From IMG/VR virus record IMGVR_UViG_3300029849_000006, positions 64,001-76,072 of that record: DNA of 12,072 bases; one strand, 5' to 3'. The position numbers were made by a program, and so were the translations under genes. Every line of letters starts with the position of its first letter. Within the stretch, counting starts at the first letter, position 1. The stretch comes from a virus. Lineage: Duplodnaviria; Heunggongvirae; Uroviricota; Caudoviricetes. The notes below the pieces were generated by a model. It was not told where the DNA came from and ran no database searches. It saw only the letters and a program-made list of their open reading frames with translations. Of the stretch, positions 1 to 6,918 are shown piece by piece.

Positions 1-503
1 TGAGGACGTTCTTCCTTGAACTTAGCCCTATAAGCAGCATATCCTTCCTTACGAAGCATATCTATCTGAGACCGGATATAGAACCTTACACACTTTTCTT
101 CAGCCTCTTGCACGCTTTTAAGATAAGGAACTGACTTTCTCCCATATCGAAGATAATCATAAACCATAGCCTCAATAAAGTCATTGTACGGAAAGAATCT
201 TCCAAATCCAAAGTTCCAAACTATGAAACATCGCACTCTATCTTTCCAGTAATCAGATATGAGAAAATTACTACAATATCTCAACTTCCTGTTTTTCTGA
301 TAGAAATGATGAGTATGTTTGTCATAAAATAGATTAAAATATCTCAAATTGCCTAAACACTGACCGGCTGGACGGCGTACTACATTGTACCCTAAGTTGC
401 TGAAGCTATTGTATATAACTTCTATCGGAGAGACCTGCTCTTTCTTGAAGAGCTTGTCGTGTAACTTGTGAGGATTCATTATTTCAACTATTTTTGTCTC
501 CAT
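1..503 (-). CDS. Hypothetical protein, 3'-truncated by the window edge (at least 167 aa, METKIVEIMNPHKLHDKLFKKEQVSPIEVIYNSF...)
   Basis: Absent from the ORF track. Manual translation from ATG at 503 is open to the window edge (...KEGYAAYRAKFKEERP). It is preceded by an A-rich leader and a TATATTTG -7 element. No family recognised. Confidence 0.8.
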   Translation of the reverse strand, partial: METKIVEIMNPHKLHDKLFKKEQVSPIEVIYNSFSNLGYNVVRRPAGQCLGNLRYFNLFYDKHTHHFYQKNRKLRYCSNFLISDYWKDRVRCFIVWNFGFGRFFPYNDFIEAMVYDYLRYGRKSVPYLKSVQEAEEKCVRFYIRSQIDMLRKEGYAAYRAKFKEERP

Positions 504-523
504 GTTGTTTTTGTTTTTTAGTG

Positions 524-531
524 CAAATATA
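524..531 (-). promoter_or_regulatory. Bacteroidetes sigma-A -7 element (TATATTTG)
   Basis: Exact TAnnTTTG match 20 nt upstream of the ATG at 503. The -33 position reads TTTC (551-554), one mismatch from TTTG. Confidence 0.6.
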
Positions 532-562
532 TGATTTTATATAAAAAGAAGAAAATGCACTG

Positions 563-604
563 CCTTGTATCCGGTTTGAGAGAAATAGGATACAAGGTTT
601 TTTG
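563..604 (+). terminator. Intrinsic terminator-like hairpin on the plus (antisense) strand
   Basis: Perfect 10-bp stem CCTTGTATCC (563-572)/GGATACAAGG (588-597), followed directly by a T-run (598-604). Confidence 0.55.
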
Positions 605-812
605 TTTTATGACGGTTTGGATAAGAGACGGGAAAACGACTCTGAACGTAACCGCCTGACCGTCAGGGGTGGGACAACAAATCTTGAATTAAAACTACGC
701 CTATGAATAGTCTCCGTTTTCCTTAATATTAAGACCATTTTCAATGATCTTACTCATTATATTATTTATATTATTTTATATACTTTACAATTTATTCACA
801 TAATTGTTTACA

Positions 813-1003
813 GTGAATGAACTTAACGACCGAAGGGAGTTAAGTGAGTGAACGGATTGACAAATTACTTTTTCCGTCTATTGTATTGTTTGCCTAATTG
901 TGTTAAAGGATTGAGTATCGTGACCGAAGGGAACGATGCGAAAGAACTTATAATATTTAAAAACGACTGAACCTATCGACTGAAGGGAGATAGGTGATGG
1001 AGT
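813..1003 (+). repeat. Three structural repeats: hairpins with tandem GA/GA mismatches and a CY-GAA-GG tip
   Basis: Units at 813-853, 909-945 and 963-1003 share the core GACYGAAGGGA. Each is flanked by a different complementary 7-bp stem (ACTTAAC/GTTAAGT, GTATCGT/ACGATGC, ACCTATC/GATAGGT). Confidence 0.85.
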
Positions 1004-1151
1004 GACGTTAATAATTATATTAGATAGCCAGTGGAGAATTAGGCAGGCTGGTAGGCGAGACGAGCGCCCATGCCCGTCAGGACAGTGGAAGTACGTAGGT
1101 CTGTTCTGTTAAACCAAGGCGATGATAGTTCCATCCTTCACGAAATCGCAC

Positions 1152-1220
1152 AAAAAAACCGGATTATCTTGATATCGTTCTTCAACCTTCGGTATCCGTG
1201 TAACGAGTCTCAAATCCGGC
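1152..1220 (-). terminator. Long terminator-like hairpin downstream of the muramidase gene
   Basis: On the minus strand GCCGGAUU pairs with AAUCCGGU and is followed by a U-run. Inner pairings UUGA/UCAA and UCGUU/AACGA are possible. It lies about 37 nt after the stop at 1257. Confidence 0.5.
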
Positions 1221-1256
1221 TTGAATTTATTAATGTAAAAGAAATACAGTCTTGTT

Positions 1257-4238
1257 CTAATTTTCGGTGACGCCTTTAATGCGAAGCTGTATATTGGGAA
1301 GCACGGCATTAATCAAAGCCATTTTCTTATCCTCTTCGCTTTCTTTTTCATGCTGTCTATACATCATGCTGTAATCACTGTCATCACCATCCTTTTTCCC
1401 GTCTAACGTCAGTAAATGATTTATGATGTCCTTACCATACGTTTCAGTCCATGTACGGAATCTCTCTTCCTCGGACTGTCCCTCCTGGGACGGGGCTTCT
1501 GGGTTAGGGAGGGCGGCTGCCACTTCTACCTCTGGAAGTGTTACCGATGCTGCTATTTCACCAGCATCTCCGAATCCCATTTGACCATATAAAGATACTG
1601 AATTTTCTTCAATTTCCAAACCAAGATTTTTAGCAACTTCCATAGCATAGTTATAACGGTCATCATTTCTTATAACACTCTTATGAGGACGCCCTGCTCC
1701 TTGGTTCCAAGCTACTACAGCATCCTTAAGGTTATCGGCGTTCATAAAATCCTGCCGGCTGTAGTTGTAATACCCTGGTCCTTTTTTTCCTTTTCTTGTG
1801 TATAAGAAATTAGAATATCCGGTTTTCCCTTCGTATTCGTCAGCTAAGAACTCAAGTTGGTCTTTGAATGTGGGTGTAGAATGACCTTTCTTTTTGGCGT
1901 GCTTGAACAACTTATCCATGCGCTCATTATGCCATTGTTGTATGCCGTATGATGTTCTGTTGTCTCCGTATATGTCATCTTTAAGACCGGATTCAGCCAT
2001 GAGATTACCTATGATGGCGAGCGCCTGTATCTTAGACATACCTCTCTTTCCAGTAAAGTATTCATATGCTTCACGCTGTTTTCCAATCACGCCGCCTTCC
2101 TCCATCTTACTTACATCATCTACTATACCCAACGTTGATATAACAGGATTTGCAATATCAAGTATATCATCCACTTTGTTTCCATATCTTCCCATAAAAG
2201 ACATATTCCTTACCACATTCGTTCCTCCTATTGCTTCTGCCGCTCCACCAAGTATGCCGGCATAATTAAAGGCATTATCACCTTCTGGATCTAAGGCAAT
2301 CTGACTTCCATCAATACCTATATTGGACAATCCTGCTATGGTTTGTATCTTGCTACTTTCTGCTATTGTCTTAAGAATTGGCATTAAATCTAACCCCATT
2401 TTATTATACAACCTAAGCATTCCAGGTGTGGAAGAAGCAACATCTGCAAGTGTAAGTAAAGATTCGACCATTAACTTATAAGGGTAAGCATCCTCCTTGT
2501 TCTTGTCCTCCTTTCCCTCTTTAGCATCACCTATTCCCCCTTTTACTTTATCTATATCTATGGAATCTAAAAGATTATTTATAATAGCTCCTATTTTTTC
2601 CCCATTTCCATCTTTGGATATTATCAAATTTCCTATTTCACTGTTTGAAAACCCGGCTATTCTTCTAAATTCGTCCTCATTAATTTCACCTTTTTCAAGA
2701 TCTGAATGAGCTTGTTCAAGTAATCTCCTCCTCTTTTCTTGCCACTCTCCATTGTCATTTTGTCTTTTTATAATCTCATCTCTCTTGTCTGTATCACTCC
2801 ACCAATGTTTAGCTTCTCCACCTTCTTCGTATTTCCTTACAAATCTTTTAGGTAAAACCTTATCATTATTTCGAAGCACACTACCTTTTTTAGGATCGTA
2901 TTTGATACGCTCCCTTATCCTAAGAGGGACATCCCTTTCTGGTATGATGTCTTCCGCTATCTTCTTTCGACTAAAATCATAATCATCCTTAACATCTAAC
3001 ATACCAGCATCCGGATCCCATCTTACACTGAAATTCTTCAACGCACCTAATCCGGAAGCTTCGTTTACTTTTTCAAAATTGTCACCATATACTTCTTCTC
3101 TAAATGGACTTACGCCTTCATTTACTAAAATCCATTTTCCTGGATTTTCAAATATATTTTTATTTAGTTTATCAAGTACCTTCTTATAATCTCTTATTTT
3201 TTGTTTACTTTTTTCATCAGCATCCTTATATGCCTCGTCAAGCATGTTGTTCATATACTCTTTATCTAATAAAGATTGTATCAAAATAGCTTGTTCTTGA
3301 GGCAATCCTACGTACTGAGCATCATCATCATCGTCATCAAAACGATACTTGCTTGCCGGCAATCTACTTATATCTCCGTCCGTGTAAGCCTTCCACATCT
3401 TTTCCTCGAAGTCAGTAGCCGTATCTTTTCCAGATCGCTCCCTATTAGGATCCAACATTCGTTTCACAGTAGGAATAAAATCGGCAATTAAACTAATAGG
3501 ATCAGTGTCTAATATTGGATTAACGGATTCATACCATTTATTAGGATCGGCATTATTGGATATCCCTACCGACTCAATAATAGAATCAGATACTCTAACC
3601 TTCTTGCCATCATAGCCTCTACCTACATACCCTGTATCACCGTATTTTGCGGCTACATGACGAGCGTCTTCGTATTTTGAATCATCAGTACCTTCTCCTA
3701 CAGATTTGTCCTCTACGGGCTTGTTTTCAACCAGGACGTAGTTACTGTCGTCATCCACCGTCCAAGGCTGGTCTGTCGGCGTAGAGAACACCCGGCGCTC
3801 GAAGGCCCGGCGCTTCTTCTGGCCTTTCACTTCATCATCGTTTTCATCGTGGTTTATTTCTTTTACAGCCTTATCATAGTTACCTTCTTTAAGGTATTTG
3901 AAAAGCATCGGGCTTTTAGAATACTCCGGTCCTCCTGTATTGTAAAATAAACTAAACAAAGCATCTCGCTGATTATTGTTTAGATTTTCAAAATTGGGAG
4001 TTCTTCGTATAAATTCTGGAACGAACGTATTAACAACTCCCTCAAATTCTTTATCAGCTTCTTCTACTGTTATACCATTCTTGTATTTTTTAAGAATATG
4101 AGGAAGATGGAACCCGTATCCGATTGTTATATTCCCTTTCTTGTCATCATATAATTCAGGTTCAAACTTTTCCCACGACTTCAAATATTTCAAAATATTT
4201 TCTGAAGGCTTCCAATCTGATTTATTCTTCTTTGCCAT
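1257..4238 (-). CDS. Large virion-associated peptidoglycan hydrolase (~993 aa): N-terminal GH24 lysozyme plus a C-terminal-half phage tail lysozyme (Phage_lysozyme2-like) domain
   Basis: WEKFEPELYDDKKGNITIGYG has the GH24 E-x8-D-x5-T triad, with NQRDALFSLFYNTG and RRAFE further on. QALAIIGNLMAESGL...SYGIQQW...QLEF matches the tail-lysozyme family pattern. The start is placed at ATG 4238 (MAKKNK), which overlaps the upstream gene end by 17 nt, rather than at the track's 4289. Confidence 0.8.
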   Translation of the reverse strand: MAKKNKSDWKPSENILKYLKSWEKFEPELYDDKKGNITIGYGFHLPHILKKYKNGITVEEADKEFEGVVNTFVPEFIRRTPNFENLNNNQRDALFSLFYNTGGPEYSKSPMLFKYLKEGNYDKAVKEINHDENDDEVKGQKKRRAFERRVFSTPTDQPWTVDDDSNYVLVENKPVEDKSVGEGTDDSKYEDARHVAAKYGDTGYVGRGYDGKKVRVSDSIIESVGISNNADPNKWYESVNPILDTDPISLIADFIPTVKRMLDPNRERSGKDTATDFEEKMWKAYTDGDISRLPASKYRFDDDDDDAQYVGLPQEQAILIQSLLDKEYMNNMLDEAYKDADEKSKQKIRDYKKVLDKLNKNIFENPGKWILVNEGVSPFREEVYGDNFEKVNEASGLGALKNFSVRWDPDAGMLDVKDDYDFSRKKIAEDIIPERDVPLRIRERIKYDPKKGSVLRNNDKVLPKRFVRKYEEGGEAKHWWSDTDKRDEIIKRQNDNGEWQEKRRRLLEQAHSDLEKGEINEDEFRRIAGFSNSEIGNLIISKDGNGEKIGAIINNLLDSIDIDKVKGGIGDAKEGKEDKNKEDAYPYKLMVESLLTLADVASSTPGMLRLYNKMGLDLMPILKTIAESSKIQTIAGLSNIGIDGSQIALDPEGDNAFNYAGILGGAAEAIGGTNVVRNMSFMGRYGNKVDDILDIANPVISTLGIVDDVSKMEEGGVIGKQREAYEYFTGKRGMSKIQALAIIGNLMAESGLKDDIYGDNRTSYGIQQWHNERMDKLFKHAKKKGHSTPTFKDQLEFLADEYEGKTGYSNFLYTRKGKKGPGYYNYSRQDFMNADNLKDAVVAWNQGAGRPHKSVIRNDDRYNYAMEVAKNLGLEIEENSVSLYGQMGFGDAGEIAASVTLPEVEVAAALPNPEAPSQEGQSEEERFRTWTETYGKDIINHLLTLDGKKDGDDSDYSMMYRQHEKESEEDKKMALINAVLPNIQLRIKGVTEN

Positions 4239-4635
4239 TCTTTTCTTCCTCCTTCTTAAACTTATGGTAAGCATCGCAAACCCTATCAACTAACCACCCT
4301 ATCAGGTATGCGGCGTGCTCGTCTTCTCCGGCTTCAAAACTGTAGTTGATGTTAAGGTACTTACAATACAAAGAAAGTCCGTGCAGACATTCGTGTCCTA
4401 TGGTTCTTACATCCATATCAGATAGCGAATGAAATAAGAAACATACCTCTTTCCTGTGATTGGTTCGGTTTCCTACGAAAATAGTTCTGCCACCATAATC
4501 ATCAGTCCACCCTTCCCAGCTTTGATCTTCTACTTCCAGGTTGGCGAACGTTTTTACTATATACTCTTCATCTGCTCCAAGCAATACCCTTATATTGTAA
4601 GGATATATGTCATTTTTATACGATACCTGTCTCAT
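4222..4635 (-). CDS. Small HExxH zincin-like putative metallopeptidase (137 aa)
   Basis: TIGHECLHG motif with a downstream Glu (EDEHAAY). The start is placed at ATG 4635 (MRQVSYK) because the track's start at 4686 lies inside a terminator and upstream of a -7 element. Confidence 0.65.
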   Translation of the reverse strand: MRQVSYKNDIYPYNIRVLLGADEEYIVKTFANLEVEDQSWEGWTDDYGGRTIFVGNRTNHRKEVCFLFHSLSDMDVRTIGHECLHGLSLYCKYLNINYSFEAGEDEHAAYLIGWLVDRVCDAYHKFKKEEEKNGKEE

Positions 4636-4652
4636 AATAATCTGTTTTTCAA

Positions 4653-4660
4653 CAAAGGTA
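4653..4660 (-). promoter_or_regulatory. Bacteroidetes sigma-A -7 element (TACCTTTG)
   Basis: Exact TAnnTTTG match 17 nt upstream of ATG 4635, directly after the terminator U-tract. No clear -33 element. Confidence 0.5.
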
Positions 4661-4663
4661 AAC

Positions 4664-4699
4664 AAAAAAGCCGAAGATATACTCACGTACTTCCTCGGC
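4664..4699 (-). terminator. Intrinsic terminator ending the Ro60 transcript
   Basis: Minus strand reads GCCGAGGA-AG-UAC-GUGA-GUA-UA-UCUUCGGC-UUUUUU: an 8-bp base stem, a GNRA tip and a U-tract, about 55 nt after the stop. Confidence 0.8.
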
Positions 4700-4753
4700 C
4701 ATCTTATTAAAACTGTTTACGATTAAAGCTACAATTGAAGCCAAAAATAACAA

Positions 4754-6388
4754 TTAGATTTTAATTTTCTTAATCTCATCAATCATATTCTTATACCCGC
4801 AGAACTTGTCACTGATAACATCAAAGATAGATTCTGACCATCCAGCAAGGTTGAGAATATTAGACCCTTTATAAAATACCTCACTTCCATATCCTTGGAT
4901 GGAAAGAGAGATGATTTTACAATCCGGGTTCACTTTCTTAAACTCTTTAAGAATCTTAGCAAACGTACCACATTCATAATTAGAAGTCCGCTCCCATACA
5001 ACAGATTCGCCATCTCCTACCTGCATGTCTGAAATAACATACAAGTTATCTACCTTAATCTTATCTTTAACGCACTTATCCAAGAACACAAAAAGACCGT
5101 TCTCGGTAGCGCCACCACATTTTTCACCGGCAGCAAAAGACGCTTTATTGTTCCATAAGACCCCTTTACTTCTGTCGTATTCGTAATTGATAAGCTTATC
5201 ACCAAACATACCGATAAATACGTCAGGGAGCACGGAAGCAATCATGCAGCCAAACAAGTTACCGATGATAGCTGTACTTGTTTTGCTGAAGGCAGATACC
5301 GTTGATGATCCTCCTGCATCTCCACGTACAGAGCCAGAGTGGTCAATCAGGATAGCCGACCTCCCCTGCAACACCGGAAGGTTCTTGCAGGATATGGTAA
5401 TCGCCTGCTCCAGCACATCCAGAATCTTATTTTTCTTATACGCTGTAAGCCCGGCGCGTTTCTTATCAGATTCAAACATAATACCCGAACCAGATTCCTT
5501 TACGACAATAGCCTCAACCTCCTTATAAGCAGAAGCGAAACGGAAAGGAAGCATCTTAGAATTAAGAACCTTCTCTTCTGTCGTAAGTTGCTTACAAACT
5601 TCATTAATCTGATCGGGTGCGTATTCGATTATGTTTCTAAGGTTACGGACCATATTGAAAATAGGCATACCTTTTACGTTAGAAACCACGTCCCTAATAG
5701 CATCACCGAGCGCTTCTTTCTTCTCTTTATTGTCTTTCTTATCTTGACCGGCTTTAGACATTTCCTTTTCAAGAATCTTGCTTTCGTATAATCCAGACAA
5801 AGACCGACCTTCTATAAGGTACTGGAAAGCCATTTTATTAGCCTGATTGCCTTTAGGGTGAAATAAGTTTACTAAGTCAACCATAGTAATGACCCTACTG
5901 TCCATCTTATACTTATCAATCCGGTACGGATCAAGACCTTCCAAAGCCGTCTTAAATCCTTTCTTAATAGCACTGGATATACCTCTTAACTTCTTTGGAT
6001 TTTTGCCGTTAAGAGCCGCATAACAGCCAAGGATTTCGCTCATATCATCAGGACGCATAACGATCTTATTATAGAATCTGGACGCCCATTCTTTACCTGA
6101 TACCTTGCCAGCCAATACAGAAGCCATAAGATGTGTAACAGACCGCAGCTTTCCTTCCTTCCGGACGTACAATGCCGTCTGCGCTGCGAAGTACGGATCG
6201 ACCTGATCCATGAGGTTCTTAATACGATTTACCTTATCTTCTTCCTTCTCATAATAAGAATCAGATAACATAGTTGTCATCACCGTAGAAACCAGTTCCT
6301 CCTCTACACCAGTCTTATACGCAGCCTCTCCCATGTGGTTGGTAATTGTAGGCTTAACACCTTCATCCTTTTTGTTAAACTTGCCCAT
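4754..6388 (-). CDS. rsr: Ro60/Rsr-like TROVE-domain RNA-binding protein with C-terminal vWA domain (544 aa)
   Basis: TROVE-type segments TNHMGEAAY, ALYVRKEGKLRSV, RPDDMSEIL and LPFRFASAY. vWA MIDAS motif LIDHSGSV (DxSxS) plus GGAT and VISDMQ. The length is typical of Ro60 orthologs, and tRNA-like RNAs lie next to it. Confidence 0.9.
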   Translation of the reverse strand: MGKFNKKDEGVKPTITNHMGEAAYKTGVEEELVSTVMTTMLSDSYYEKEEDKVNRIKNLMDQVDPYFAAQTALYVRKEGKLRSVTHLMASVLAGKVSGKEWASRFYNKIVMRPDDMSEILGCYAALNGKNPKKLRGISSAIKKGFKTALEGLDPYRIDKYKMDSRVITMVDLVNLFHPKGNQANKMAFQYLIEGRSLSGLYESKILEKEMSKAGQDKKDNKEKKEALGDAIRDVVSNVKGMPIFNMVRNLRNIIEYAPDQINEVCKQLTTEEKVLNSKMLPFRFASAYKEVEAIVVKESGSGIMFESDKKRAGLTAYKKNKILDVLEQAITISCKNLPVLQGRSAILIDHSGSVRGDAGGSSTVSAFSKTSTAIIGNLFGCMIASVLPDVFIGMFGDKLINYEYDRSKGVLWNNKASFAAGEKCGGATENGLFVFLDKCVKDKIKVDNLYVISDMQVGDGESVVWERTSNYECGTFAKILKEFKKVNPDCKIISLSIQGYGSEVFYKGSNILNLAGWSESIFDVISDKFCGYKNMIDEIKKIKI

Positions 6389-6412
6389 GTTGTTTTCTTT
6401 AAAATGTTATAC

Positions 6413-6445
6413 AAAAAAAAAGCAGTGATATTACTACCACTGCTT
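6413..6445 (-). terminator. Intrinsic terminator between the RNA array and the Ro60 gene
   Basis: Minus strand AAGCAGUGGUA-GUAA-UAUCACUGCUU followed by a U-run: an 11-bp stem (one G-U) with a GNRA loop, ending about 25 nt before the Ro60 ATG. Confidence 0.85.
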
Positions 6446-6472
6446 AAAAAAAATATATCAAAATGAATACTC

Positions 6473-6602
6473 AATGAGGGAAAAGCTGAAGTTAGTATAA
6501 ACAATGAAATAATGGATTTGAACCATCGACCTATACTTTAAAAGAGTATCGCTCTATCCATCTGAGCTAAATTCGAAGTAACTAACCCCATCACCACTCA
6601 TT
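6473..6602 (-). ncRNA. Y-RNA-like tRNA mimic, copy C (unpermuted, Lys-UUU anticodon loop)
   Basis: Closing stems AAUGAG/CUCAUU and UGGGGUUAGU/ACUAACUUCA enclose: UA, D arm GCUC-AGAUGGAUA-GAGC, anticodon arm AUACU-CUUUUAA-AGUAU, variable loop AGGUC and T arm GAUGG-UUCAAAU-CCAUU. The acceptor stem is reduced to GAAUU/AUUUC and there is no CCA. Confidence 0.8.
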
Positions 6603-6620
6603 AGTTTTTATGTCTTTCAA

Positions 6621-6747
6621 ACAGAGGAAAAGCGGAGCTGGATCTAAAATGAAAATATTGGATTCGAACCAATGAAAAACTTTTTTACCTAAAGCCGTGT
6701 TATCCACTACACTAATTTTCGAAGTAACCGGACTCCTCACCATCTGT
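6621..6747 (-). ncRNA. Y-RNA-like tRNA mimic, copy B (unpermuted, atypical anticodon loop AGGUAAA)
   Basis: Closing stems ACAGA/UCUGU and GGAG/CUCC enclose: acceptor GAAAAU/AUUUUC, D arm GUGU-AGUGGAUA-ACAC, arm GCUUU-AGGUAAA-AAAGU, variable loop UUUUC and T arm AUUGG-UUCGAAU-CCAAU. No CCA. Confidence 0.8.
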
Positions 6748-6760
6748 ATATTTTATTAAA

Positions 6761-6888
6761 ACAGGGATAACTTGGAAGGTGTTTTAAAGGAGGTTTTGAT
6801 CTACCAACTGATCTAATTTTTCTTGCATGAAAAATACAGGATTCGAACCTGTGACACAAACCGAAGTATCACCTTCCATCACCACTGT
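6761..6888 (-). ncRNA. YrlA-like Y RNA, copy A (circularly permuted tRNA-like domain)
   Basis: Closing stems ACAG/CUGU and UGGAAGGUG/CACCUUCCA enclose, in order: GGUUU, GUGUC, T arm ACAGG-UUCGAAU-CCUGU, 7-bp acceptor hairpin AUUUUUC-AUGCAA-GAAAAAU, UA, D arm GAUC-AGUUGGUA-GAUC, A, AAACC. This T arm/closed acceptor/D arm order is the YrlA architecture. Confidence 0.85.
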
Positions 6889-6918
6889 CTTATATCATAA
6901 TCTCTCTTGATTACGATG

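Noticed and set aside
813..1003. Mini-CRISPR or iteron array based on GACYGAAGGGA
   Set aside because: Spacing is irregular (cores at 828, 922 and 978) and each core's flanks are self-complementary, so these are hairpins rather than direct repeats with spacers.
575..1214. TTTGAGA in the 563-597 hairpin loop and its complement TCTCAAA at 1208-1214 as an antisense pairing
   Set aside because: A single 7-nt match is expected by chance in AT-rich sequence, and there is no further support.
1070..1309. Two short ORFs (1070-1270 + and 1109-1309 -)
   Set aside because: They have no recognisable motifs, overlap each other and the terminator-like hairpin, and overlap the end of the large gene.
6304..6504. 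66-aa minus-strand ORF as a leader peptide for Ro60
   Set aside because: It begins inside RNA copy C, runs through the terminator and overlaps Ro60 out of frame. The sequence is better explained by the RNA elements.
6504..6575. Bona fide tRNA-Lys(UUU) gene
   Set aside because: The D, anticodon and T arms are canonical, but the acceptor stem has only 4 pairs over 5 positions and no CCA. The unit is also embedded in the same closing stem and motifs as its two neighbours.
6473..6888. CRISPR array
   Set aside because: The shared motifs are only 6-7 nt, the period is about 145 nt, the intervening sequence folds as tRNA-like arms, and no cas genes are present.
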